Shown here: one piece after another, positions 32,136 through 40,373 of the stretch | Layout of the letters: every line of letters starts with the position of its first letter | How positions within the stretch are numbered: position 1 is the stretch's first letter | NCBI GenBank assembly: GCA_963765765.1 | Contig: CAVXYC010000030.1 | Coordinates: 64,001-128,000 of the forward strand | Length of the DNA stretch: 64,000 nt | Source: an uncultured Chloroflexia bacterium | GTDB taxonomy: Bacteria > Chloroflexota > UBA6077 > JACCZL01 | Direction of reading: 5' to 3' | Notes under the pieces: model-generated | The model's database searches: none | Seen by the model: the letters and a program-made list of their open reading frames with translations, nothing else | What the model was told of the DNA's origin: nothing | Translations under genes and position numbers: made by a program

Positions 32136-33143
32136 TGGATTAGTTCCGTTGCCTCGGCAAGGACCGACTGAGGAATCGTAGATTCCGAGCATCTGAGCGG
32201 TCTTGAGATTGATCACCAGGTCAAATTTCTCCGGCCGCTCCACCGGTAGCTCCGCGGGATTGGCGCCCTTCAGAATCTTGTCCACATAGGTGGCGGCGCG
32301 TCGCTCCTGGGCGGGACGATTTGCCCCGTAGGCGATCAGTCCGCCGACTGCCACAAATCGCCGATCGGCCGACATCATGGGCAACCGGTGCGTGAGCGCC
32401 AGCGCGCCGACACGCGCCACATTGCTCGCCAGCACGAGATTGTCCACCAGGGTCAGCGCATCCACGCGCTCCTGCACCGCTCGCTCGAACGCGCCCTCGA
32501 TGGCGGCGGGCTCACGCACCTCCAGAGGCACAGCGTCAGCCCCAGGGGGCCGGCCGCGGCCTCCGCTATCTGCACCTGGCCGGCCTGGTTGAGATCAGGG
32601 TCAGGGTTCCAGATAACGCCCACCGTGACACGGACGGGAGTGTCTTTCGCAGGACTTCCAACCGCTTCCCAATCAGCTCGCGGGCGATGCTGGTCTGCCC
32701 GGTGACGTTGCCTCCTGGCCGGGCGAGACTGGCCACAAAGCCGTCCGCCACCGGGTTGTTCGTCTGTGCCATCACAATGGGGATGGTGCTGGTGGCACGC
32801 ATCGCGGCCCGGATAGGGCCTGCCCCGGAGGCTACGATCACGTCGACGGGCATGTTCACGAGCTCGGCGGCCAGCCGGGGAGGCGATCGAGCTGCCCATC
32901 GGCGCCTCGCCACTCCACGGTGACCGTACTGCCCTCGATGTAGCCCAGCTCTGCCAGGCCCTCCCGCAAGGCGTCGGCCCCTTCCTGCTCGCCGACCGAC
33001 AGATAGCCGATACGAGGTGTCCGAACCGCCGGCTGAGAGCGTGGCGATACCAGCCCGCAGCCGGCCAGCAGACCGAGGCCGGCCACGGACAGGCCACCCC
33101 TCAGGAAGCGGCGACGGGTGCTCGATGGTCCGAGTGGCGTCAT
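32132..33143 (-). pseudogene. Orphan ABC substrate-binding protein paralog A, several frameshifts
   Basis: RRRFLRGGLSVAGLGLLAGCG; LGYIEG; GFVASLARPGGNVTG; YVDKILKGANPAELPVERPEKFDLVINLKTA; ATELIQ* overlaps GTG of paralog B. Confidence 0.8.
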
Positions 33144-33293
33144 GATGGCGCTAGTGTACGCCCCGAAGTGAGGGCGCTATGGTACTCGGAACTGGGCGGG
33201 CTCTCCGCTAGCTGCTCGCGCAATCATGGTAGGGACGCAGTGGCAGTTGGAACCGTGGCGTAGCGCTCTTAGGAACCAGGTTAGTGACCTGTT

Positions 33294-33344
33294 CCGTTCG
33301 ATAATGGGGGGTTATAGGAACGAGCGGTGGGGGTTATCGGAACT
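33294..33344. other. Second dif-like site plus tandem partial copy
   Basis: CCGTTCGATAA-TGGGGGG-TTATAGGAACG (33294-33322) then TGGGGG-TTATCGGAAC (33328-33343); direct repeat of the 31082 site. Confidence 0.7.
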
Positions 33345-33375
33345 TGGCGGCCGGGATGCTCGCCGACCCAGTCTG

Positions 33376-33570
33376 CTACTGGATAACCTCGGTCGCCTCA
33401 GCCAGGACGGACTGTGGGATGGTGAGCCCGAGCCCCTGTGCGGCCTTGAGGTTGATCACGAAGTCCAAGGTCGTGGGCTCTTCGACGGGGAGATCGGCCG
33501 GTTTGGCCCCTTTGAGGATCTTGTCCACGTAGGCGGCGCCGCGTCCGAGTCGCCCTTTCCATCTAGAGAG
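33376..33570 (-). pseudogene. C-terminal fragment of ABC substrate-binding paralog C
   Basis: AAYVDKILKGAKPADLPVEEPTTLDFVINLKAAQGLGLTIPQSVLAEATEVIQ*. Confidence 0.8.
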
Positions 33571-33604
33571 CAGCGCTCTGGCGAATCCCGGCTGCCTCCT
33601 CGAA

Positions 33605-34210
33605 TCATGCGTTGGCGTCAAGCGGCGGGTGCTCGAGAACGCTGGGCCGGTACTCGACCAGCTGGATACGGCCGTCGAAGGTGCGGTTGTCGATCATCTC
33701 GAGGGCGACGTCCGGGTAGCCGTCGTAGATGCGTTCTGCGCCCGTGGCGCCGGTGATCACCGGGAACATGACGACCCGGAAGCGATCGACGAGTCCGGCT
33801 CGCAGCAGCGACCGGCACAGGCTGATGCTCCCGATCGTGCTCAGGAGGCCCGAGCCGTCCTCCTTCATCGCCCGGACGACTTCGACCGCCTCGTCGCGCA
33901 CGAGCGTGGTGTTTGCCCACGTGAGCGGCTCCTCGAGAGAAGCAGAGAACACCACCTTCGACGCTTGCGTGAGTTCGTCGACGGAGGCCTCCTCGTCGGC
34001 GGTGAACTCGTCCGTCCCCGCTGGGGTCTCTCCGGCGGCGAAGCCCGACATCAGTCGGTAGGTGTTCGCTCCCATCAGGTACGTGACCTCAGGTTGCTCG
34101 CCGAGCCAGGCGAGGTACTCGGGTCCTTCCAGCCCCCACCATCCTGGCCAGCCATCCGCCGACGCGTAGCCGTCGAGGGAGGTGATGAAATCGACGAGGA
34201 GTTCTGGCAT
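33605..34210 (-). CDS. Dihydrofolate reductase / RibD C-terminal family protein
   Basis: FITSLDGY, YLMGANTY, KVVFS.SL, GSISLCRSLLRAGLVD, FPVITG; intact, strongly G/C-ending codons. Confidence 0.88.
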   Translation of the reverse strand: MPELLVDFITSLDGYASADGWPGWWGLEGPEYLAWLGEQPEVTYLMGANTYRLMSGFAAGETPAGTDEFTADEEASVDELTQASKVVFSASLEEPLTWANTTLVRDEAVEVVRAMKEDGSGLLSTIGSISLCRSLLRAGLVDRFRVVMFPVITGATGAERIYDGYPDVALEMIDNRTFDGRIQLVEYRPSVLEHPPLDANA

Positions 34211-34239
34211 GGTCGTGTCCTTGTCCTTGGATGTCAGGT

Positions 34240-34322
34240 ACCGGCTTCTGCCGACGCGACCCGCAGCCGGCGAGCAGGCCGAGGCCGGCGCGCAGGAAGT
34301 CTCGACGACTCCACGGATCCAT
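34240..34322 (-). pseudogene. N-terminal signal-peptide fragment of an ABC substrate-binding paralog
   Basis: MDPWSRRDFLRAGLGLLAGCG, near-identical to the signals of paralogs A and B. Confidence 0.6.
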
Positions 34323-34349
34323 GCCGGCCAGTATAGACCTGGCGGCCGT

Positions 34350-34581
34350 AACCTACAGCGGAACAAAGACACTCGCGCTCATCCCCCTCGACTTAGATGG
34401 TTACTTGTTCAGTGGTAGGTGGACGAGCGGCAAGGCAGTTGAGGTCAGGACGCGGTTCGCAGCCGACTTCATGGGCTGGGAGCAGGACAACGCCAAGTTC
34501 GAGCGGGAGTTCGAGCGCTTGGTTGCGGCGCTCAAATCAGGAGATGCTGGGCGCGAGACCGCGCCTATCCCGAAATTGTGA
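34350..34581 (+). pseudogene. C-terminal fragment of a TIR-domain protein
   Basis: LALIPLDLDGYLF..W.SGKA..V..R.AADF.GWE.DNAKFE.EFERLV.AL resembles the end of bacterial pentapeptide/TIR proteins; no N-terminus. Confidence 0.55.
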
Positions 34582-34815
34582 TCACCTGGGTTGTGGCTGT
34601 CTGATTTGATGTGCTCCATCGTTCGTTCACCCCCTTTCCAGCGTGCCTTTGAGCATTGATGTCGGAAGGCTTGCTTGCCTTCCTTACTGGCTCAGAGAGC
34701 GAGCGGGGGTGAAGGGCGCACAGGGCGAGCGGAGCGAGTTCATCGTGACCCTTGCGCGCGAGGGGCGAAGGGCCCCTGGTATTGTGCGAGGAAACTTTTT
34801 ACTGACGAGAGCTGT
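34580..34815 (-). mobile_element. Possible IS/plasmid end remnant with structured leader
   Basis: GCGAGCGGAGCGAG tract, AGGGGCGAAGGGCCCCT hairpin, strong RBS GGGGGTGA before an ATG (34619) whose frame runs into unrelated sequence. Confidence 0.3.
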
Positions 34816-34894
34816 AGAGGCTCCCCGTGAAACGCCCCGCGCTCTCCCGATCGCCGTATGCTCACATCGATCATCGAAAGCGGTGGGGGAATCA

Positions 34895-35104
34895 ATGCGT
34901 CGATGGACTGGCATCATTGGTGGTGGCATCCTGGCCTTTTTGGGGGCCGTCTGGATGTTGCAGGGTTTCAATGTCCTCGGGGGTAGTCGCATGTCCGGCG
35001 AATCGTTTTGGGCCGGCGCTGGGTTCGTGGCGCTCATTTCGGGCCTTGGGATTCTCGCCCTCAGTCTGCGGACTGCACCTGCCGAGACTAGGGGGAAACG
35101 ATGA
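34895..35104 (+). CDS. Small two-TM membrane protein
   Basis: GAVWMLQGFNVLGGSRMSG.SFW motif; GGGGGA RBS. Confidence 0.7.
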   Translation: MRRWTGIIGGGILAFLGAVWMLQGFNVLGGSRMSGESFWAGAGFVALISGLGILALSLRTAPAETRGKR

Positions 35105-35316
35105 CCTCAACAGAACCATGGAGCGAAGATCAGTTCACGCGCCTGCTTGATGATCCGAGCTCCTCAGCCGAGGACATTGCGCTACAGGTCGGTCGTTCCG
35201 TTGGCGCGGTCGAAACCGTCCGAGCCGGGCTGCACGCGCACCACCGTTGCGGTGACCAGTCCTTGCTTTCGGCGATGATGTGTCGCGTCATCGAGCAGCG
35301 GCAGGGTGCAACCTGA
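35101..35316 (+). CDS. Hypothetical protein, HTH-like
   Basis: ATGA overlap with upstream gene; WSEDQF..L...EDIALQVGRSVGAV. Confidence 0.5.
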   Translation: MTSTEPWSEDQFTRLLDDPSSSAEDIALQVGRSVGAVETVRAGLHAHHRCGDQSLLSAMMCRVIEQRQGAT

Positions 35317-36215
35317 TCGAAGGTGTCGCTGAACTGAACCTCGTATTCATCGCGGGTCACGTACCGATATGCGGCGTACAGATTACGTCCCCCATATTCA
35401 GTAGCGGATGACCGGAGCCCGACAGCGGCTCCTTTTCGAAGACATCAACGGCGACCATGCCAGGTCGGCCCGTCCTGACAGCCGATTCCAGCGCTCCAGG
35501 CTCGATGAGGGGCGCTCGACTGGTGTTCACCAGCAATGACGTGGGCTTCATACGGAATAGATCCGCGGCCGTAACGATGCCGCGTGTGGCAGGCACAGTC
35601 GCATGTGCAGCGAAAGCACATCGCAACCGTCGAAGAAGGCCTTTTGCTCGTTGCGGACTCGTAACCGTCCGCAACGGCCCGATTCCGCGATGGCTCGCGT
35701 GCCCAGACGAGCACGCGCATACCAAACGCCCGCCCGTAACCTGCCACGACTTCGCCAATACGCCCATAGCCAGAAATTCCGAGCGTCTACCCTCGTAGCG
35801 TGCTGCCCTCCTCGTTTGCCAGGTGCCAGTCTGAGCGCAGCGACCTGCTTGGGGATCTGGCGGACGGCAGCCAGAATGAGGCCCCAGGTCATCTCGGCCG
35901 CGGCGTAAGATGGCGTACCGGCGCGCTGGTCAGATGAGACGATGATCCTCAGACGTGTGCAAGTGTCCACGTCGATGTGTGGATAGACGCTTCGCTAACT
36001 GATGAGGCGCAAACCTGGAAGCCGCTCGAGCAGCGGCGCTCGAATCTCAGTGCGCTCGCGGATGAGGACAAGGGCCTCGCAGGCTGTAGACGCTCGGCGA
36101 GCATGTCGACGTCCTGCACATGATCGTTCCAAACGCTCACATCGTGCTCATCGAGCTTGGAAAAACACGGGAGGGCGCGCAGGATGTCGAAGTAGTCGTC
36201 CAGAATGGAGACTCC
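35313..36215 (-). pseudogene. D-2-hydroxyacid dehydrogenase family pseudogene
   Basis: [61 protein letters not shown] spread over at least five frame changes; C-terminus truncated. Confidence 0.8.
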
Positions 36216-36322
36216 CAGATCGCCTCCATCGAGCAGGGACTCCCCGATCGCCCTCTCTTGCCATACTTGACGACCTTTTGCCAAACGCACGGCTCACTTC
36301 AGACGGAGGACAATTGTCAACC

Positions 36323-36358
36323 GACCTGTTTGCTCGGTCTGACCTGTTTGCTCGGTCT
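36323..36358. repeat. Perfect 18-bp tandem duplication
   Basis: GACCTGTTTGCTCGGTCT x2. Confidence 0.85.
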
Positions 36359-36415
36359 ATTCCTGGACAGTTTCCGCACGTATCGCGATTCTCTCATTCG
36401 GGATCTTGATACAAA

Positions 36416-36445
36416 AGACTCTCCCGAACGAGACTCTCCCGAACG
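36416..36445. repeat. Perfect 15-bp tandem duplication
   Basis: AGACTCTCCCGAACG x2. Confidence 0.85.
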
Positions 36446-36863
36446 GCAGCTCACGAAGGCTTCGTGAGCTCCGCTGTCAGCGACAATATTCTGAATTGGT
36501 TTTCAGCGTCGTCGACAAGCCAGTAGAGCTCGAGCTCGTTTCCAGCATCCTAGCCGTTGATAGCTTTAGAGTCTCTCGTCAACTCGGCGGCACAACAGCG
36601 TCCGGCGGCATCGCAAAACCGTCACCGGGCATAACCGTTTCATAAACGTAACGACTCTCTTGCATGACGTAGTTAAGGCTGTCACACAGAGGGTCTTATA
36701 GCCCGACCCGTTCTTGGCTCGCGGGCACACATTCTCATCTCAAACGAGTTGGCGATTGCCCTCACGCGATGCAATTTGGCCTCATTTTGGTTAAATTGTG
36801 TAACGTATTCGCCCACGTCGTGCTGCAAACAGAGGAGTCTCATCCGTTGGTCATCCTGCGCCA

Positions 36864-39800
36864 GTGATCCCTAGAGCTCGGTGGGTGCGTCATAGCGCAA
36901 GCGTAGGATTGGCCCTCGGCGTGCTGGTTGCAACCAACGCAGCTCTGCCTTCGGCCACCTCGGCGCGTGAGCCGCTGCACACCGTGCCGCTGCAGGTCAC
37001 ATCCCCGGGCACGGCGGGCAGCCCTACGGCTGCCGCTCCTACCAACATCATCGAAGCCCAGAAACCTCAGGCATCGGCAACGGTCCCGCCAACAGTGACT
37101 CCGAGCGCCGCTGACATCGAGGCCCTGCGGCGTCTGAACGCCGGAACACAACCATCGGCAACGCCTCGCGCGGCCACCCGTACTGCCACTCCGCGCGCCG
37201 GGGCACGCGGTGCTACGCTTACATCAACCCCCACGAGCACGGTCACGTCAATTCCATCAATGACCGCCTCCGCGACGGCCAGCCCAACGTCGGCAGTGCA
37301 GGCTGTATCGTCACCGGAAGCTTCCGCGACGCCCTCGCCCACTGCTACACCCCCGACGGCGACCCCGACGCCAACGTCAACCGCGCAAGCTGCGCAGTTC
37401 CGGGCCGCGTCCAGCGGAACTGTGTCGTACGGCCAGGATGCCTGCTTGCGTCCCTTCCAGTATTGGGACACGTTGGAGGCGGCTGCGCGGGCTGCCGGTG
37501 TCGACCCTGAGATCGTGGGCGCACTCATGATTGTGGAAGGGTCCGGGGAGCAAGCGGTATCGCCAGCTGGGGCGATGGGCCTGATGCAGCTTATGCCGGA
37601 CAAGTTTCGAACGGGTGACGATCCATTTGACGTCACCACGAATCTCCGCCGAGCAGCCGAGCACATCAGCCTTTTGCGCGCCCGTTGGGGCAGCACCGAT
37701 CGCATTGCCGCCGCGTATTTCGGCGCGATCGATGGCGGAGGCAACATCACCGGCGCGTCTGACGGAAATGTGGATGGCTACGAATACGTTCGGCGATTCC
37801 AGGGCGCCACCGATTGTCTGCGCACGGGCCTCGGCCGCGGCGGCGCCGCCGTCGCACGTCTCGCTTCGCCGCTCGGCATCTCGCTCGCGCGAACGAATGT
37901 CTCATTGGACTACTGGGGCGACGTCAGCAAATCGCCCGGCGAGCCAGCCCGCACCGCCGCGGAGCAACAGCGATTCGGAACACGCCACCTGGCCTGGGAC
38001 GTGATCATCCCCGACGCGCCGAGCAACGGTCGCGGCTCGCCGGTGTTCGCTCCCGTCGAGGGAACCCTACAGCGCACCAACGATCCGGCCGGCGGACCGA
38101 ATGGCCTGGTGATCGAGAATCGATCATCTGATCTCCGCGTGCGACTTCTGCACATGGATCGGCTCGCGCCCAATATCGCCACGGCCACGCAGGTGCAGGC
38201 GGGCCAGTGGGTGGGCGTCCTGGGCGGACAGGGGACCGAACAATTCCCGCATCTGCACGTCTCGCTGGAGCGGCTTTCCAACGGTGATCGCCTCGACCCG
38301 GCGCGGTTTTTCTTCCGACCAAATTCAGATGCGCGTATGTCCGGCAGTGGAAGCTCTGCCATGTTAGCGATACCTTCCGCGGACCTCATGGGAGCGATTC
38401 GCGTGCCAGCCAGCGGCGATGTGACCAGCGCAAATATTGTCGGCGATATCGTGGCGTGGTCCGAGGTAGACGGCGACCAGCGACACGTTCGTGGCTACGA
38501 CTCCGAGGTGGGTCTCGCTTTCCAGGTTGGAGATGCCAGCCAGGGTGAGCAGTTCAGCCCGGCGCTCGGGGTCAATCACCTGGCGTGGGTGGACACGCGC
38601 AATGCCTGGAACAGCGGCAAAAGCATCCAGGACGGTTCATTCGGTGACGTCTACATCTATGACCTGTCCACTGGCGACGAGCGCCGACTCACAAGTGTTC
38701 CAGGTGAATACTCAGATCTCGTTGTGGCCGGTGATCGCGTACTCTGGGTAAGCGCCGCGGGCAATCTTCAGGCGCTTCACCTCATGGAGCTAACCACTGG
38801 AGCGCATCAGGTGGTGGATTGGACGATCGGATCCATCTCGAGAGTCTCCGCTTCCGACAACGCCATTACCTACGTCGTGCAGCAAGCCACGGCCCAGTCA
38901 GACGGCCGTGAGATCCACCAGTACGATCTCGGCTCAGGACAAGTCACAAGCCTCTTCCGGGGGGCAGTGGGACAGCCGGTCCAGGTTGGACAGATGGTGG
39001 CCTGGGACGAGCAGCTTGGTAACGGTAAGCAAAGCATTATCCGCGCACTGGATACGCGCACGGGCGATATTCAGCTCTGGGCGGGGGACCCGGCTGTGCG
39101 GAGCGACCTTCAGGCGTTCGATCACACGCTGCTCTGGCATGAAAAGAGCCCTGACGGCTCACAGGTGCTGGTGATTTACGGCTTGAGCTCGAATACACTG
39201 ACTCGCATCGCCGATTCGTCGATCGACACTCGAGTAGCGGCATCGCTGGGGCAGGGCACGGTGCTCTGGAAGGCGGCAAGTGGAGAGCTGGTCGTCTCAC
39301 ATCTACGCGACTGGGACATTGGCGGCGGCCGCTACTTCGGTGAAGATGACGCCCAGCGCCGGCTGGCCGGTCAGACGGGCTACCGCGTGACCGATGACGG
39401 CGGAATCCCGATGTGGAGCGAGTATCAGCGCCTGGGAGGCGAGGCGGAGCTCGGCCGGCCGCTCTCCGGTCGCCTCCAGCTTTCGGACGGTGGCGTGTAT
39501 CAGCTCACCGAGCACGCACTGCTTCACTGGCAGCCAGAGCGAGGGCAAGTTGAGCGTGCAAGTGCATTTGAGATTCTCTCTCGACTGGGCTACGACGGCT
39601 GGATGCACGCGGTGAGGCAGGTTCCATTGCCCGCGAGTGTCGTGGCAAACGGTGATCCGGAGCGGGCTCGCCAGGTGCGCCTGAGCTGGCTCACCGATCC
39701 ATCGCTGAAGGCAGCCTACCTGGCGCCACCGGACGGTGTGGCGGCGCGAGCCTGGGGACTGGAATCCGCTATCAACCGCTACGGATTGCCAGCTTCTCCA

Positions 39801-40070
39801 CCGGAGAGCTTCGGTCCCTTCGTGGCCCAGAGGTTTGAGCGGGCTGTGCTCCAACACTGGGTGGTCGCCCAGCCCGGGCAGCCCGAGAATGTCGTCACGA
39901 CAGCTCTGGTTGGATCGCTCATCCGAGAGCTAATTCAGGATGGACTTGGCGTGGCGGACACCAACGGCAGTCCGCTCGACGCGCCCGTTGCCACGCTGAG
40001 TGCCGACCTGACGAATCGTTGGGTGTCACCCCGCGGCGTATCCGGGGCGGACGTGCCCAGTGGTGAGTAA
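36864..40070 (+). CDS. Secreted multidomain peptidoglycan hydrolase: SLT lytic transglycosylase + M23 peptidase + beta-propeller + C-terminal wall-associated repeats
   Basis: Signal peptide; Thr/Pro/Ala linker; IVEGS..AVSPAGAMGLMQLMP, AAAYFG; HLAWD and PHLH Zn motifs; WVDTRN..DVYIYDL repeats; LGGEAELGRPLS / YGLP..QRFERAVLQ repeats. Confidence 0.85.
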   Translation: MIPRARWVRHSASVGLALGVLVATNAALPSATSAREPLHTVPLQVTSPGTAGSPTAAAPTNIIEAQKPQASATVPPTVTPSAADIEALRRLNAGTQPSATPRAATRTATPRAGARGATLTSTPTSTVTSIPSMTASATASPTSAVQAVSSPEASATPSPTATPPTATPTPTSTAQAAQFRAASSGTVSYGQDACLRPFQYWDTLEAAARAAGVDPEIVGALMIVEGSGEQAVSPAGAMGLMQLMPDKFRTGDDPFDVTTNLRRAAEHISLLRARWGSTDRIAAAYFGAIDGGGNITGASDGNVDGYEYVRRFQGATDCLRTGLGRGGAAVARLASPLGISLARTNVSLDYWGDVSKSPGEPARTAAEQQRFGTRHLAWDVIIPDAPSNGRGSPVFAPVEGTLQRTNDPAGGPNGLVIENRSSDLRVRLLHMDRLAPNIATATQVQAGQWVGVLGGQGTEQFPHLHVSLERLSNGDRLDPARFFFRPNSDARMSGSGSSAMLAIPSADLMGAIRVPASGDVTSANIVGDIVAWSEVDGDQRHVRGYDSEVGLAFQVGDASQGEQFSPALGVNHLAWVDTRNAWNSGKSIQDGSFGDVYIYDLSTGDERRLTSVPGEYSDLVVAGDRVLWVSAAGNLQALHLMELTTGAHQVVDWTIGSISRVSASDNAITYVVQQATAQSDGREIHQYDLGSGQVTSLFRGAVGQPVQVGQMVAWDEQLGNGKQSIIRALDTRTGDIQLWAGDPAVRSDLQAFDHTLLWHEKSPDGSQVLVIYGLSSNTLTRIADSSIDTRVAASLGQGTVLWKAASGELVVSHLRDWDIGGGRYFGEDDAQRRLAGQTGYRVTDDGGIPMWSEYQRLGGEAELGRPLSGRLQLSDGGVYQLTEHALLHWQPERGQVERASAFEILSRLGYDGWMHAVRQVPLPASVVANGDPERARQVRLSWLTDPSLKAAYLAPPDGVAARAWGLESAINRYGLPASPPESFGPFVAQRFERAVLQHWVVAQPGQPENVVTTALVGSLIRELIQDGLGVADTNGSPLDAPVATLSADLTNRWVSPRGVSGADVPSGE

Positions 40071-40373
40071 AACGCTCACCGGACTCATGAGCCGTCTTAA
40101 GTAAGCACCATATGCGCTAGCTCTAGCGTCAAATTCCTCAATTAGGAAGAACAATCGTTGTGATCTCGGAGTCCAGCGCTGCCCCGTAGCGCTTAAGAAG
40201 CACGCCCCAGGGGACGGCTGCTGAATGTCTCCGGCCTCTCTGACAGTCCACTCAAGGCTATAAGCGGTACGATCAGCTCGTGTCGATACGCTTCTAGAGC
40301 GGTCATCACGTATGCATGAACGGCGATTGACATTGTGTCGAGCGGCGGCAAATGCAACTGGAACGGTCACGTC

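Noticed and set aside
29976-33344. Classical integron (intI, attI, attC)
   Set aside because: The recombinase is short and Xer-like with no evident IntI-specific insertion; no RYYYAAC...GTTRRRY attC hairpins; genes are co-oriented with the recombinase.
31123-33756. Plus-strand ORFs such as MLLDDFGGLRQDGRRDGQ... and MVGTQWQ...LLDNLGRLSQDG
   Set aside because: These are antisense shadows of the conserved SBP C-termini. The ORFs spanning the dif-like sites share residues only because of the DNA repeat.
36323-36445. CRISPR array or iterons
   Set aside because: Only two adjacent copies of each unit, no spacers, and no cas or rep gene nearby.
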